Shown here piece by piece: positions 39,084 to 52,113 of a DNA stretch of 64,000 nt (position 1 is the first letter of the stretch; every line of letters begins with the position of its first letter). The translations under genes and the position numbers were made by a program. The stretch is from Phoronis australis (Eukaryota; Animalia; Phoronida): positions 124,001 to 188,000 of the forward strand of contig NMRA01000487.1 of NCBI GenBank assembly GCA_002633005.1, in the 5' to 3' direction. Under the pieces are notes generated by a model. The model was not told the DNA's origin and ran no database searches. It saw only the letters and a list, made by a program, of their open reading frames with translations.

Positions 39084-39260
39084 TCCAAACGAAATCTGCT
39101 TGGTAACACTGATCCTTTGGACAGTTATCCAAACGAAATCTGCTTGGTAACACTGATCCTTTGGACAGTTATCCAAACGAAATCTGCTTGGTAACACTGA
39201 TCCTTTGGACAGTTATCCAAACGAAATCTGCTTGGTAACACTGATCCTTTGGACAGTTAT
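39084..39260. repeat. 44-bp minisatellite, 4 identical copies
   Basis: TCCAAACGAAATCTGCTTGGTAACACTGATCCTTTGGACAGTTA x4, head to tail. Confidence 0.97.
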
Positions 39261-42200
39261 GGCTTTCTCACTGGTTTGAGAGGTATTAAGTAACTTTGCA
39301 CTCGATCTGTTGTTCCAGTGTCAACTACATGTCTTAACACAAACTGGGACAAGGCAGAAGGGATTGTCTCTGTTAATTGCTTGCGCAATAGCGTTGATTG
39401 TGGGTGATCCTTTGCATTCCACATGGTTTGGACGTTAGCTAATTGTTGATGCAGGCATACACTGACAGTTTTGGTGTAAATCCAGTTTGCAATCTAATGT
39501 CGTGTAAATGCGAATTTTCACAGGGTGAGTTGCTCCTCGTATAAAAACAGCTAAACGGCAACTCCTTATTTATACTAATGAGACTTGCCCAAAGATGCCT
39601 GTGTCTTTATGAATGCCCATCTCATCATAATTTTCGCTCCCAAAAAGTTCGAAACTCACATAGCTGCAAGTAATGGTCTATCAGTTGCCTTATTCAAGTA
39701 GTCAAAAAATAGCTGTACTGTACAGCTCTTTATTGAAGAAGGTATAAAATGGTTCTTTTGGCTCTGCATTCTAATATTACCATACTTTTGTGCAAAAATA
39801 GTTAAAGCATTCATGTATGCAGTGCATGGCCAGCTCATTGTATGTGTAATGTCTGCACAAGAAAATTTAAAGATACGTTTGGTAAATGGCTTGTGGTGTT
39901 ACTCAACTACTTGGCGATCACTCCATTTTGTGTGGGTAAGCCCCTTACTATGTCAATGGAGTTACCTGGGTATGGACCGATTAACCTGACCAGACTACTA
40001 AAGTTTTGTTTTGAAGTGCCCATGCTCAGCTTAACACCTACCTTCTGATGTTTAAGTTTCCCAATTTTATGTGGGTGGTCTTGAGCTACAAATGTTGGAC
40101 CACATTCAATTTAAGGTTAAATGCCTTCTTATGAACTAAATTCATGTTGGTCATAAGATTCTGAAATTCTTGCAGTAACATATCGGATAGACATTGTGAT
40201 GTAAAAACAAATATTTAATGACAAGTATAGATCGCTGAATAAATATGCCCCTAGCTTTCGCATTGACTACAAAATTTGTCAAACAAAAATATCATCGTTT
40301 TGTTTGCTTCGGTTGAATCAAAGCAAATATTTTAAACCACAAGTCTCCTCTTAAAAAAATGAAAATCAATCTGTCTGATATTAGAGACCCTGCACACACT
40401 GTATATCTGCAGTTATTAATTTTCAAAGTCTGTGGGAGATCTTTGTGTCCTACTGCCATTGTATAATTAAGTCATGTGTAAGAGTACTTGCATTTTGTCT
40501 AATCACTGTGATACCTGCTGCTGGTCATTTCTACATTATAATTTGACTCATAAAGGTTGTTCTGCATTTGCAGTACAGGTGATAAGTACTGTTATAAAAT
40601 ACCATTTCCCAGTCCATGGTGACTAATTTTGTTGACTTTTAAAGACTTTTATGGCTGCTAGTAAGTTCTAATTATAGAATGGTTAGACCACCTTACTATC
40701 ATGATAATTCACCTTCATTCTGGGCCATGAGGGACGCCACTCTGATGATGGCTGTTACGATGGGGAACTCCATGTCATTTTGTCTGAATAGTTTGGTGTG
40801 TATTGTATTTTTAGATGAAATTGTAAAACTGAAGTCATTAATTAAATTTTAGTTCCTGATCTCAGTCAGAGTTGGTGTGTGAAGACAGTGCCATACCCTA
40901 TTTGCCTGCTACGTGCGTGCATTGGTATGCATATGTTCATTTATCTAATCCAACTTTAGTGCTCTTACGTATAGCGCGAGCAAAAGCCTGAAGAAAAGTA
41001 GAGCACTTCCCACAATTTGGCTCCTAGAGCGGGTAGTCACTGACCTGACTTGTGAACCTGGCAAGCACATTGGTTTTGGTGATTTTGTGTCCCGGTTTTA
41101 TCAAGAGATGTCTCTTGCTTATAGAGGTCATCACTGTAAGATATCGGGATGACTAAATCGCCCACTTCTCTAACTTTTGACTAAAATTCAGCTATGAATT
41201 GAGTTTTTTGTGATAAATTATTATGTTATTCTCAGCTTTTCTATAAATGGTTATTGATTGTATGAGGTTCCATAATGAAATCGATAGCCTTACAAACTAC
41301 GTTGTGTCTCAGATGTGACAGATAAGTTTCACCAAATCTCGCCAAATCACTGTTATTTTTTGTAATGTTTTTTGTCTCATGCAATGCATTGTGTACATAG
41401 TAAACACAGAGTTTTCTCTTGCAGTCATAAATGCTTTTACTTGGATTGCCAAGTGTGTTAACCGTCCCTTTAGTCACCGTAGGGAAGAAAAACTCTTGTC
41501 TCTTTTTGCTTGTTAACGTTAAGTCATAGTAACCTAGTGTCTGAAACTGCAGGCAGTATATATAAATAAAAGCAGTTCTTTAGCCAGAAATGACAGCCCT
41601 GAATGTATATAGTACAACAGGAAACCTGATAGAGAGCTTGATGCCTAGTAGGACTTGCATAACCATTTATAGTGAGATAGCTCAACAACTATCTGTGTGT
41701 GGCACAGATTGGGGGTTGTGCAGGTGTGCGGAGGGACACCTCTTGGGAGATGAGGAAACTATCTCTGGGTGCACTGTCTATGAACACACCTGTTGGTGAA
41801 GTAATTTCGTGGTTTTTCCGTAACTGATGTTTGTAAATGGTGAAATGATGATATATTCCCATTGTGTCTGATTTGAATTTATAAGAAGTGATCTGCTAAT
41901 GATCATTTAATTAATGGAATCCATTAATAACCAAAGATTATTGCGTATGGAAGTTTGTTTAACATATGGTCAAATGTTTACTGTCATTTTTGAACACCAT
42001 ACTTCTGTTTTCTATTGGTTTCAACAAATTCTTCACGTCTTACTTATAGCCTAAGCAAACATATCAGGAGACATGCCTCACTGCATGATTTTTTTTTAAA
42101 ATCATTTGATGAAATTTCCTAGAACAGTACGAGGAAATTGTCTATGAAAAGACATTGACCACTGATTCCATATACATAATGACTTCATCATCATATGTCG

Positions 42201-44591
42201 AGTGGCTTATTTGGCCCTATTGAGCTCTGCGTTGCCATAGTTACTAGTCAAGTTGATATTAGAAATCAACGTGATGACCGCCATCAACTTTTTCACAGGA
42301 TGCTCATTCTTAATTACTATGATTTTTGTTAACGATCAGATTCTGTGGTTGATGGCTATAGCAGCCTGGAAAAGCAATTTACCATAGAGTGAATATGTGG
42401 GGTGGATATGCCTGAGGGGATATGTGCAACCAACATTCAGAACAATGTGTAGCGGACACAAACCCCTGTTCATAGCAAGAAAGCCCTAATACTCTGATCT
42501 TGCTCCCTGGTCAAAATTATTTCATTTTTGTGTTTGGTCTCCTTCTCATTGCAATGTGCGCCCATGAGGCCAGTACAGACCCTCCTTGATTGCCAACAAT
42601 TTTGTGTTTTACCTCCCTGTTGAATCCATCTGGCTTTGCCAATGTCCACATCTTAAAGTATGTCAGTGTAGGGTGTGAGGTACAGACTCTTGGGACAACA
42701 GGGAAGTTGCACTCAAGAGTAGCAAAGCAGTCAGTTGTACAGTTACCATGTATTTATGTGTTGAAGGCTATGCACCAATAATTGGAATATAATCGTTTTA
42801 ATACAAAATGTTTGCTAACGTTTTTCGCTTAGGTTTATGCTCCTAAGTTTTAGACGAAGGCAGATATTTCGTGTTACCATATTATACATGTCCTTGAAAC
42901 TTGGTGTTTTTAACGTTTTTGACCATCTTTTGTACTTTTCATGTAAGGCGGACGCAAAATTGTTCCATCCGAGAAATGACCTTTTGATTTAGATTGTTTG
43001 AACTTGCAGCTTACTCTGATGAGAATCAATTTTGGGGGTTTGCAAAGAACCGTAAGTTTAGTATTCCTTGAGACTATGCTCTGTGCATAAACTGACGTGC
43101 TGTGACAAGTCAACTTGTAGAATCTCGGGTGTCTAGCAATTTACCAGGTGAAATCATCTTTTATTTGACTAAGGACCAACTTGAGACCAATTTCATAAAG
43201 GTATGTTATCGAAGTCGAAAGTTGTTTTTTTGTTGGAAGTGCGGTTTGTAGCTGTTTTAGCTCTGCATTTCGCCCTTCTTAGCTGGGTTAAGAAACGAAA
43301 ATTGAATTAGATATTTTACGGTCATAAAATCGGTGTCATAATATTTCATATGGTGATAGGATTCCTTTTTTGTTACCACAAGAACATCAAAAGAAGCAGC
43401 AACTCAGGGGAAAGGCTTCAGAGTTTATTGGGGTTGGCCAGCTCAACAATACAAAATGGGACATACATGCACTGCTTGTTACTTGAACTGGTAACAGAAG
43501 TGGAATCTAACAGATACAGCCAAAGCATGGGATGTAAGGGGCTAAAAACTGTTCAGAAAAATTCCAGATTTTGGAAGGTTTAAACTGTTCGAATTGAAAA
43601 TTTAAGTAATAATAAAAATGTTGGAGAACTGTTGTTCGTGCATAGACAGCGAGATGCTGCTATAATTTGCCGTTGTAGGCGACCACCTCAATGCCAAAGA
43701 TGTGCTCATCGGATGTGAAGCATTGTGGATAAGTGCCTTTATTTTCTAAGCATCAGGCATGATTGCAGGATGTGGCTATTGAGGCCAAGAGTTTCTGTGA
43801 AAATCTACATTGCAAGTAATGAGCTGTTAGAAAAAGGAACTCAATATTTGTCCCTCATTTTTGCCTGGAAACAATGAAATATTGCCAAATGAAGGTGCAC
43901 CCGTTGAACACATTTACCTGTGGATTTTTGGGAGCTTAAAATTTGCACAAGACACGGGCATTTTCAAGGAAGTCTCAATCTGATGAGTTGGGAGTGGATG
44001 TCAGCTGAGTTAAATTTGGCAGTTTTGGGCATTTAACTGGATGGGTATTGTATGATAAATTCTCCCCAATTTAGGGCACATGGAAGCAGTGCTAAACAAA
44101 TTCTTACGGTAATTACTTTTATGTTGTATACCATAGCTGCCGCCAAACAATGTTTTGAAAAGTGGTAGGCATTGACAAATATGTTGAAAGCCTTTGAAAA
44201 ACGAAAAACGACAAAATTTGGCAATAATTTTGGGTTTTGGTGAGAGTTTACTTTGCATACACTATTTTATTCTCCAGCCAGTATATAAACATTTCAAGTT
44301 GCTGCTCCTTCAATGACCACTGATAAAACCACAAGTTTCCCATGACCTCACTTTTTAACTTGAAACCTACACTTGCTTACCCTTGATGACCATTAAATAG
44401 TAGGTGTTATTATAGTACTAGGTATCAGTCTTCTTAACATGCGATCCCTGCATTTCTCCCCCAACCCTCTCAGTGACGTCAATATGTAACCTAAGCCTGG
44501 TAAGAGGCTATGCTGGACTCCATTAAGTAAACTCTTGTCTATTAATAGCAAAGCAGTAGTGATGGGCAGTCTTTGCCTAAGTAAAGTCAAC

Positions 44592-44647
44592 ATAGATATT
44601 GGCGACATGGTTAAGACCAGATAGATATTGGCGACATGGTTAAGACC
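44592..44647. repeat. 29-bp tandem duplication
   Basis: ATAGATATTGGCGACATGGTTAAGACC occurs twice. Confidence 0.9.
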
Positions 44648-47209
44648 GTCCAAACAGATCTGTTAAAACAATCTGTCACTTGATATGATAGATTTTCTTA
44701 ATTTATAGGTATTTAACACTTAATTGGGACTGTCACAGTAGTTGATAAAACTGCCAATAGCATTACAATGTAAAACTTCTGTTTTTATTTATAAGTCCAT
44801 TTCCCATACAATTGGCTTCGCTACTATTGAAGCTTAGACGCTAACTATGGTTATGATAACCGCGAAGTTAGGCGTTGGTGTTCGCATCGCCTTCGGAAGT
44901 TATCCCATGGTGGCGCTAATATGACCTTTGGTTATTGGACCTGCTGTTTTGACAGTGTTTGCCATCAAAAATGCCAAGGACCTTTGCCTCTCCGCAAGGC
45001 TGCCAACAGTTGTCACGTAATGGGACGATGACGGCATATTAGAAGATTACCTGTCTATTAAAAAAATTTGAGTCTTGTATAGGCTAGCAGCTGTTCAAAA
45101 GTGAAGGCGTTACGTATGGTGTGGCGGGAACTTGTTTTGCGTACCCTATACTTTTGGTCGTTTTTTTAATATAAAGAAGCCAGCAGATATTTAGATAAAT
45201 TGAAACAGAATACCCATACCGCCAAAATAACAATTATTAAAACAAAATATTAACAAATACTAGTAATCAGTCACCAAGACCGAAGTTTAGTGTTCCCAAT
45301 GACCGGCAGCACCAAAGTGTTGGAGCTAATGGGAATGACCATTTAGCTTGTACTGTACTTTCTTTTAAATGTTCAGTTCAGTTTGTCATCATTCATTTAC
45401 ATGGTATTCCTAACAGATGCGGAATAGCATGGTAAATCTGAATTCAGAGGCTGTTTCACTTATCCTCTGAAAGTTCAAGGGCCAAATTGTGATTGTCCTC
45501 AAGTTAAATTTCAAGTTTGCTCCAAACATGAAGATGGGGTTGGACAGTTTTATTGAAAATCGTTTCTAGGAAATATATGGGACAAGCGTGTTGGCTAACT
45601 GTTAAATCACTCCAACAAGGCAAAGCTTTTAGTGAAGAGGTTCCCCACATTCAGAATTACCACAGAATTTTAGTCTGGTCTTGTGACCAAAGACAGCAGT
45701 TTACACACAGGAGGGTGGGTCACCTTGATGATGTTCTAACTGCAAAGTAGTGGATACTCAACTCTGACAGGAAAAGCAGAGATGGCTGCAAATCAGTTGT
45801 TTTATTGCGGATTAATTACCCAATGACATGGTAGTGAAATATAGTAGGCTGGCAATAAAGATGTAAAATCCTGTTGCTGAAGCACTCGCTTTCAATGGAA
45901 TGCCACAATCTGCAGCGTGCAGTAATGTTTTCCTGACAATTTTTTATCTTCCATAAACAAGAGATTAACATCAATAAAATTGCACATGGTTCTTAGCATG
46001 CTTTCTTATATCCATCTGTGCTAAAATGACACTTTGTAAATGGTAACATTTCCATTGTTGGCAAAGAAGCTGTCAGTGGAAAAAGTAATTATAATGGTAA
46101 TTCATGTACTTATGTCAGCAATAATTGCAGAATTATTCCTTTTTGTTGGTTAAGAGTCTGACTTTGCCCTTTTCTTTGCTGCCTTCTGCAAGCTGCACAA
46201 ATATTGACCACAGCAGATCACTTGGCTCATCCTAATATAGAGAACACTGAGTGTTTCAACTTCTACCTCCTGTCCAACTGGAGGGGTAATTAGTGTGAAT
46301 CAGGCTGGGACATGTTGTACTCTGGCAAAGGTTGAATTTTCTTTGTAAACAATGTATGTGGTATAGCATCTGGTCCTACTGGTGCTTAGCTACATTTGTA
46401 TTGGACTGAAAATCATTAGCAATCTGTTGGTAATGAGAATCGTATGCAATATTATGCTCGTTACTTGCAGCATATTAGGTAATTGTACCTTCATTTGGCG
46501 GATGTTACCTGTGTTTTTGTAGCGTGACAAAACATTTTTGTCAGTGATAACAGATGGCCCTTTTTGGTCATTGATCTGTGATGTCTTGAGTGGGGAGCAT
46601 TGAAGAACATATTATGTCACAAGCCCAAGAAATCATTTCTTTTAGCCATTTTGTTCTTAGATTTGAAAAGAAGTAATTTTGATATGTTTATTCTCGTGGG
46701 AATTCTCCAATGACAAGGTTGTTTCATTCACATGCCACGCATATTCATTCAGAATGTGCTGACTCGCCGCACTGTTTCATTCATTGACCTGTCTCCCTGT
46801 GATGCTAATCAGCTGGGTTAGTCATGAGCAAAAGGGGAATTTAGTCTCATTTTTCAGTGTGTTTTAAAAATCCATATGATGTTGATTTTTCGGACTAATC
46901 ATAATGCTGGAGTGCCACCTAGTGACAATTTGTTCGCATGCGCACATGCGTCTCTTTGACGCCTTGCAAGGATCATGTGTAAAATTATGCAGGCGTCTAC
47001 CAGTGTGAATGTGACAACATGGAAGGATCTAACTACCAGTGTGCCCCCTAGTGGCAATTTAAGTTGCTTCCATTGGCTCCAGTGTATCTTCTGAGGTCCT
47101 AGATAAAGTTTCATAAAATTTGGCTTATGGATTTCAATCAAAGAGTCAACGATGCTAACACATTTTCTGAAGTATTATGTGCCATCTAGTTGCCATCTAT
47201 GTGCCAAAA

Positions 47210-47263
47210 TATTTCACCCTCAAAGGCGTATTTCACCCTCAAAGGCGTATTTCACCCTCAAAG
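47210..47263. repeat. 19-bp tandem repeat, ~3 copies
   Basis: TATTTCACCCTCAAAGGCG repeated. Confidence 0.9.
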
Positions 47264-48447
47264 GGTGGCTACTTACTTTGTTGCTAATAATGACTTTCCA
47301 GCTCTTGTTCTATTGCAGCTTCACAATACTCATTAAATTAGTTGTAAGACTAAAACTTCCTTAAAATATTTATCTTTGTTACGAAATTTGCCAAATAAAA
47401 TTTCTCTCATATTGTGTGGTAAAGACTTGCTGTTACTTGTACCGGTCCACTTTTGTATAGGATAAAGTGCCTCTCAGGGTTAGAAACATCTACCATTAGA
47501 TACTAAATTCATGACCACCCAGGGCTGATCAGCTAAGTATAATCTGCAGCTTATACCTGTCCTTAGGTTACATGGTAATTAATGGACTATAGTATAGGGT
47601 TTATCATGAAGAGCACCTTTGTAAAAGTTATCTAACTTGCAGTGATCATTTTAGAAAAATGTGACCCACACCGCCTCGAGTCTATAGGCCAATTTGGAGG
47701 ACTTATGAGCCATGTTAGTTTGTCGCGCTTTCCTGCTTCCAATTTTAATGGGCCCCCTTGGACCGAGCTTAAGTAATCACTGTGTGTCTGTGAAATTATT
47801 TTTGCGCCATTGACGCAGTGCAAACTCCTAAAATTTTCCCTGAGCTTTGGATGAAATAATTGATAAACTTTCGGTTCTGCAAAGGTTTATTACTTTACTG
47901 CGAAATGCTAAAAGTTTCCAAATGTTGTATGGTTAGAGCTGACAGTGCTGTTCAAAACCATCATTACTTATATTGAGAACTTTTAAACAAAATGAAATAC
48001 CACTTGCCTTACATAATGTGTTCTAAACCAAGGATAATTGAGCTACATGTCTGTTCATCCAGTCATTGGAAGTACCCCATGTCTTGTATTATCTGTGACT
48101 TGCACAGAGTATGGTAATAGCTTGCCAATTTCGCTCAAAATCAATTGATTGTGAGCATCCAGAATTTTTCCAGAATGAGTGATAGTAGATGTTATTAAAA
48201 ACTTTCACGCGGTAAAGTGTTATTTTGGTGCCATATATTTTGAAAACGTGAGAAAATACAATTTCAGCTCATTCATACTGTGTCCTAAATTGGTGAGATT
48301 TCAAAATAGATTCCCTACAGAGTCTTGCTGTCACTGAACCAGAGTCTGCGGTTATCATTCACATTTACAATTATCGATGACATATTGTTTCTACTAATTT
48401 CCCTTTGGGTGAGAATAAATTAATACAATGTCATTTTTTTATTATAG

Positions 48448-48548
48448 AAAGTACATTGCCGTTGGCATCATCGATGATGAAGAGTACGAAAAGGACGAAT
48501 ATTTCTTCATTGAACTCGGTGAACCAAAGCTACTACGCAAGGGCTCAA
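48448..48548 (+). CDS. SLC8A: Na+/Ca2+ exchanger (NCX/SLC8) internal exon, CBD2 (equivalent to vertebrate NCX1 exon A/B)
   Basis: ttttttattatag|A AAG TAC..TCA A|gtgagt; 101 nt, phase 2 to phase 1; encodes KYIAVGIIDDEEYEKDEYFFIELGEPKLLRKGS, with the diagnostic IIDDEEYEK..FxxExGEP of NCX CBD2. Confidence 0.95.
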
Positions 48549-48561
48549 GTGAGTTGATTTG

Positions 48562-48648
48562 AATATTTAATCTTTACTGTATCATAAGTGCTACTATTCA
48601 TATTTAATATTTAATCTTTACTGTATCATAAGTGCTACTATTCATATT
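48562..48648. repeat. 44-bp tandem duplication just downstream of the exon donor
   Basis: AATATTTAATCTTTACTGTATCATAAGTGCTACTATTCATATT at 48562 and 48606. Confidence 0.92.
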
Positions 48649-49729
48649 CTGTGTAACTGAGTCCTCTTCGGGGGGGGGGGGGGNGGGGATTTAGCAGTTG
48701 AGGGAATCGTGCAATTACTATTGGCAATGATGTCAAATCAAAGAAGATGCTGTAATAAGAAAAGATTTTTTAAAGCTGAATGTTGGGAGCTTAATTATGC
48801 ACTTTTCGAAACGAGGATCAAATCAGATTTGTCAATGACTTTGTACCTATATACATGTATATGAGCGCATATTGTAGTCATCTCCTTCTAAACAGTCCAG
48901 CTTCTGCGCCTGTGTCTCTTTAAACTGTTACAGAGTCGTATTGGAATTTGACAGGTTTATTTTCGTGAACGTGATGACAGACAGATAACACGAATTTTAG
49001 ACGGATGCCATGGGAATTCTGTTTTTTTTTGCATTTGGACGACCTATATCGATTTTGTAGATGTGTTCCTGTCAAGGATACGACATTGCCCATAAATTTC
49101 TGGGTAGACTCTGCTGCAGCGCCCCTAGTGGCAATTTTTGTATTTTGGTCCAGTTCTTTTCTGGGCGTCTGTCATTTATTGCACTGGACCTATGGGACCA
49201 CGAGTCTCCTGTTAAGTGTTTTGTGTTCACGTTTCTCTCTGCTGTTGCAGTGCATGTACAGTAGTGCTATTTTCTTATTTGCTAACATTTCACCTGTGAT
49301 TTTCAGTTTTTCTATAAACATGATGGTTGAATCCAATGAATTTTTGGATAGTGTATACAGACATGTGTATAAATCAAATATATTGGGCAATGGATGTGAT
49401 GTTTTGGTTATCTTTCATGTAGCTGGTTGTGGCAACGAAAACCCGAGATTGAAAGAAGTTCAGTTTTGACAATTATTTGTGAGGTATTACCACATGTGTG
49501 TGGGGTAATCCCTTGTTTTTTAACATTTTTGAGGCAACAAAGTGCATAGGAATCCCATTTGTAAAAGACGGACATAGGCATTATGCTATTTTACTATTGC
49601 TTTTCAACCAAAACACATGGCACATGACAAAGATAAGGGTCAAGGTCAAGATTGGAGCACACACTAGGCAATGTGTGCATACTTAATTAGCTCTGTAATT
49701 GAGTTTATGTATTCTGCTGTCTGGCTGTG

Positions 49730-49830
49730 ATAGTCACTTAGATGGTCCCGCTTTTGAGAACCAGTTTTCTCTACTGAGTAACAGGCATCAAAATGGTCCT
49801 CAAAATCTGGGGACCCCTGCAAGTGACTAT
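49730..49830 (-). repeat. short hairpin MITE copy
   Basis: ATAGTCACTT..GGTCCCGCTTTTGAGAACCAGTTT..AAATGGTCCTCAAAATCTGGGGACC..AAGTGACTAT, self-inverted. Confidence 0.75.
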
Positions 49831-50186
49831 TGCTGACTCGCTCCTCATGAAATTGAAGTGGTGTTCATTTGCAATATAACCAATTACCATGTCCAGATAT
49901 ACTGATGACCACAGAGTAACACTAATTTATGGCTTCCTGAGATTGGGTGTATAATGAAGCTTGATAATGAGGTCCTTCAGTCTTGTTATGAATTTACCAG
50001 TGGTGTTTGCCCAATGATTACAAGCTAGAGGAGGCTTTGTCTATTGGTTTTCACCTGGTCATACAAGGTGTCGTTCAAAAGGTTAAGTGTGCCATCTATT
50101 GGCCAAGAGTTCAACACTGCAGGTGGCACTATTAGCAGTGCCTACAAGGACATAAAACTGAAGGATTGTTCCACATGTGGTGCCTG

Positions 50187-50730
50187 AAGCGTGTTCAACA
50201 GAGTGAGCGCCCGCTAGCGTGTACTCGCGAACACAAGGAACAGCTCCTGAACAGCTGTGAGCGCTCACTGTGCGATCCAGTATGGCGACTCTGAAGCAGT
50301 TTTTGTTGAACATCTTAGCCGATGAGCGTAACACTAACAGTCCTTCCTATGGCGTACTGAGCGATAAATATGATTAATCTTTGCCAATAATTATTAATAT
50401 CGGCAGCCCAAGACAACAACCGCGAAGGCTTTGGCCCGACAAGAATCGAAAATTACGTCGAGTAAACTGTTCCTCGCTACAGCGACCCGCAATTTAAGTC
50501 GCAGTTTCGGATGAGTCGGTCAACTTTTGAGGTTATAGTTTTCGTGTTGCAGAACAATATTGAGTTCGTATGTTGCAGACGTGAAGCCTTCGCAGGACGC
50601 CATCTTGGAAATCTAAGCGAACATGCTCTCGAGGTTGTTCGCGAGCGCTCGCGGGCGCTAACGTGAACACAGCTGTTCAGGATGAGGGCGCTCAAATCGC
50701 TCGCGGGCGCTCACTCTGTTGAACACGCTT
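50187..50730 (-). mobile_element. young Harbinger-like MITE, copy B (inverted relative to copy A)
   Basis: Reverse complement of 33026-33568 over its full length; flanks CTG/CAG. Confidence 0.9.
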
Positions 50731-52084
50731 CAGATTGAAGCCACCCTAGGTGGTACAGCTAACAGAGGACAACGGAAATGAGGACTGTTTTAAGGCAAAC
50801 TAAGGACTTGACAGGAATGACGACTGTTTTAAAGCTAATACGTAGAGACCCTGGTTTTCCATTTCCAAAAACAGAGAACCCGGTTTTGGCAAATATAATT
50901 TTTTTATTTTTCTGAACAAGTAGATTTCTTTATTTGCAAGGAACTTAATAATAGTCGTGTTAAGTGACTTAATCAACCCACGTTCCAATTCTGAGAAACT
51001 CTTGACTTATGCCACTTACCAATACAAATGTGGTTGTGACTTGTGCCTTACTCATATGGGAAGTGCAGTTTGTGGGCTTGGAAAGAACTGTTATTGCTGA
51101 GACCTAGCTCAACATGGAACATGAGCAACTGAGACCAGCCAAGTTGTAGAGCCTCAAGCACTAACAATCTATCACGACTTCTCTCCATGCCCAGAAAATG
51201 GCCTCTAATTTGAGTAAGGAAAAAATTGAGATCAATTTAATAACAGTAAAACGGTCTAAATTATATGTCATGTTTCTAGCAGCTTCAAAACCAAATCGTT
51301 GATGTTAGATTAGTGCTCGTAGACACATTGCAGTAATTTGTTATTGATTAAAATTGATATGTCATGGCTGGCCGAAAGATAACAAATTCTTAATCAGATA
51401 TTTTGCTTTCAGCACCCCCACCAGCTTATGGTAAATTATTGAACTATTGCCAGCATGCTAGACGTTGATGGACCTCCCTCATTTAATTCTGCGACTATTT
51501 AGACACTGTAGTTTTACTGTTAATACCCGCACATAGACAAATATTAGCCTGTTATTTGTAGTCGTGGTTATCATCATTGTTGCTTCACACCGTGTAATGA
51601 TTTGGTATTTTTGCCAGCACTCTTTAGCTTATGTATGAAATTGAATTCAAGTTGTTACATTCGTAGGCACATTTAGACTTTGAAAATTTTATTTATTTCT
51701 AACCTAGATGTTATAGTAGGTATTTATATGGGGGCAATTGTGCCTTACATGTCCTGGTATGCCTATGATTACATCACTCTGCCCATGTCAGACTTGGTAA
51801 ATGTCTATACCTCTCCAAAGCAAACATTACATAGAGAACCTTTCTAATTCCACAAATTTTTGCATTTCTCGAAAATGTGCCTGTATAAAAAATGTGAATC
51901 TCGATTTATTTCATAGTTCGTAAGAATAGTCAGTTTTGAAAATTGTAGAAAAAAAACAAAACAAAACAATGCAAGTAACTCGGATCTCTCAACCAGTTTT
52001 TATGTTCTCCCAGCTTAAGTTTGTCTAATGTCCCCCTGTGATTAACTTTCCACAAGGCACCTGGGCAAACCATATTTGTAGAAG

Positions 52085-52113
52085 GTGTGTGTGTGCGTGT
52101 GTGTGTGTGTGTG
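52085..52113. repeat. (GT)n microsatellite
   Basis: GTGTGTGTGTGCGTGTGTGTGTGTGTGTGT. Confidence 0.9.

Noticed and set aside
39084-39260. CRISPR array
   Set aside because: Identical head-to-tail units with no spacers, no cas genes, and a eukaryotic intron context.
49005-49469. 154-aa ORF, or a phase-2 acceptor at ~49306 as a mutually exclusive CBD2 exon
   Set aside because: The translation (FSINMMVESNEFLDSV..) lacks the DDEEYEK and GEP motifs, and the ORF overlaps a decayed repeat.
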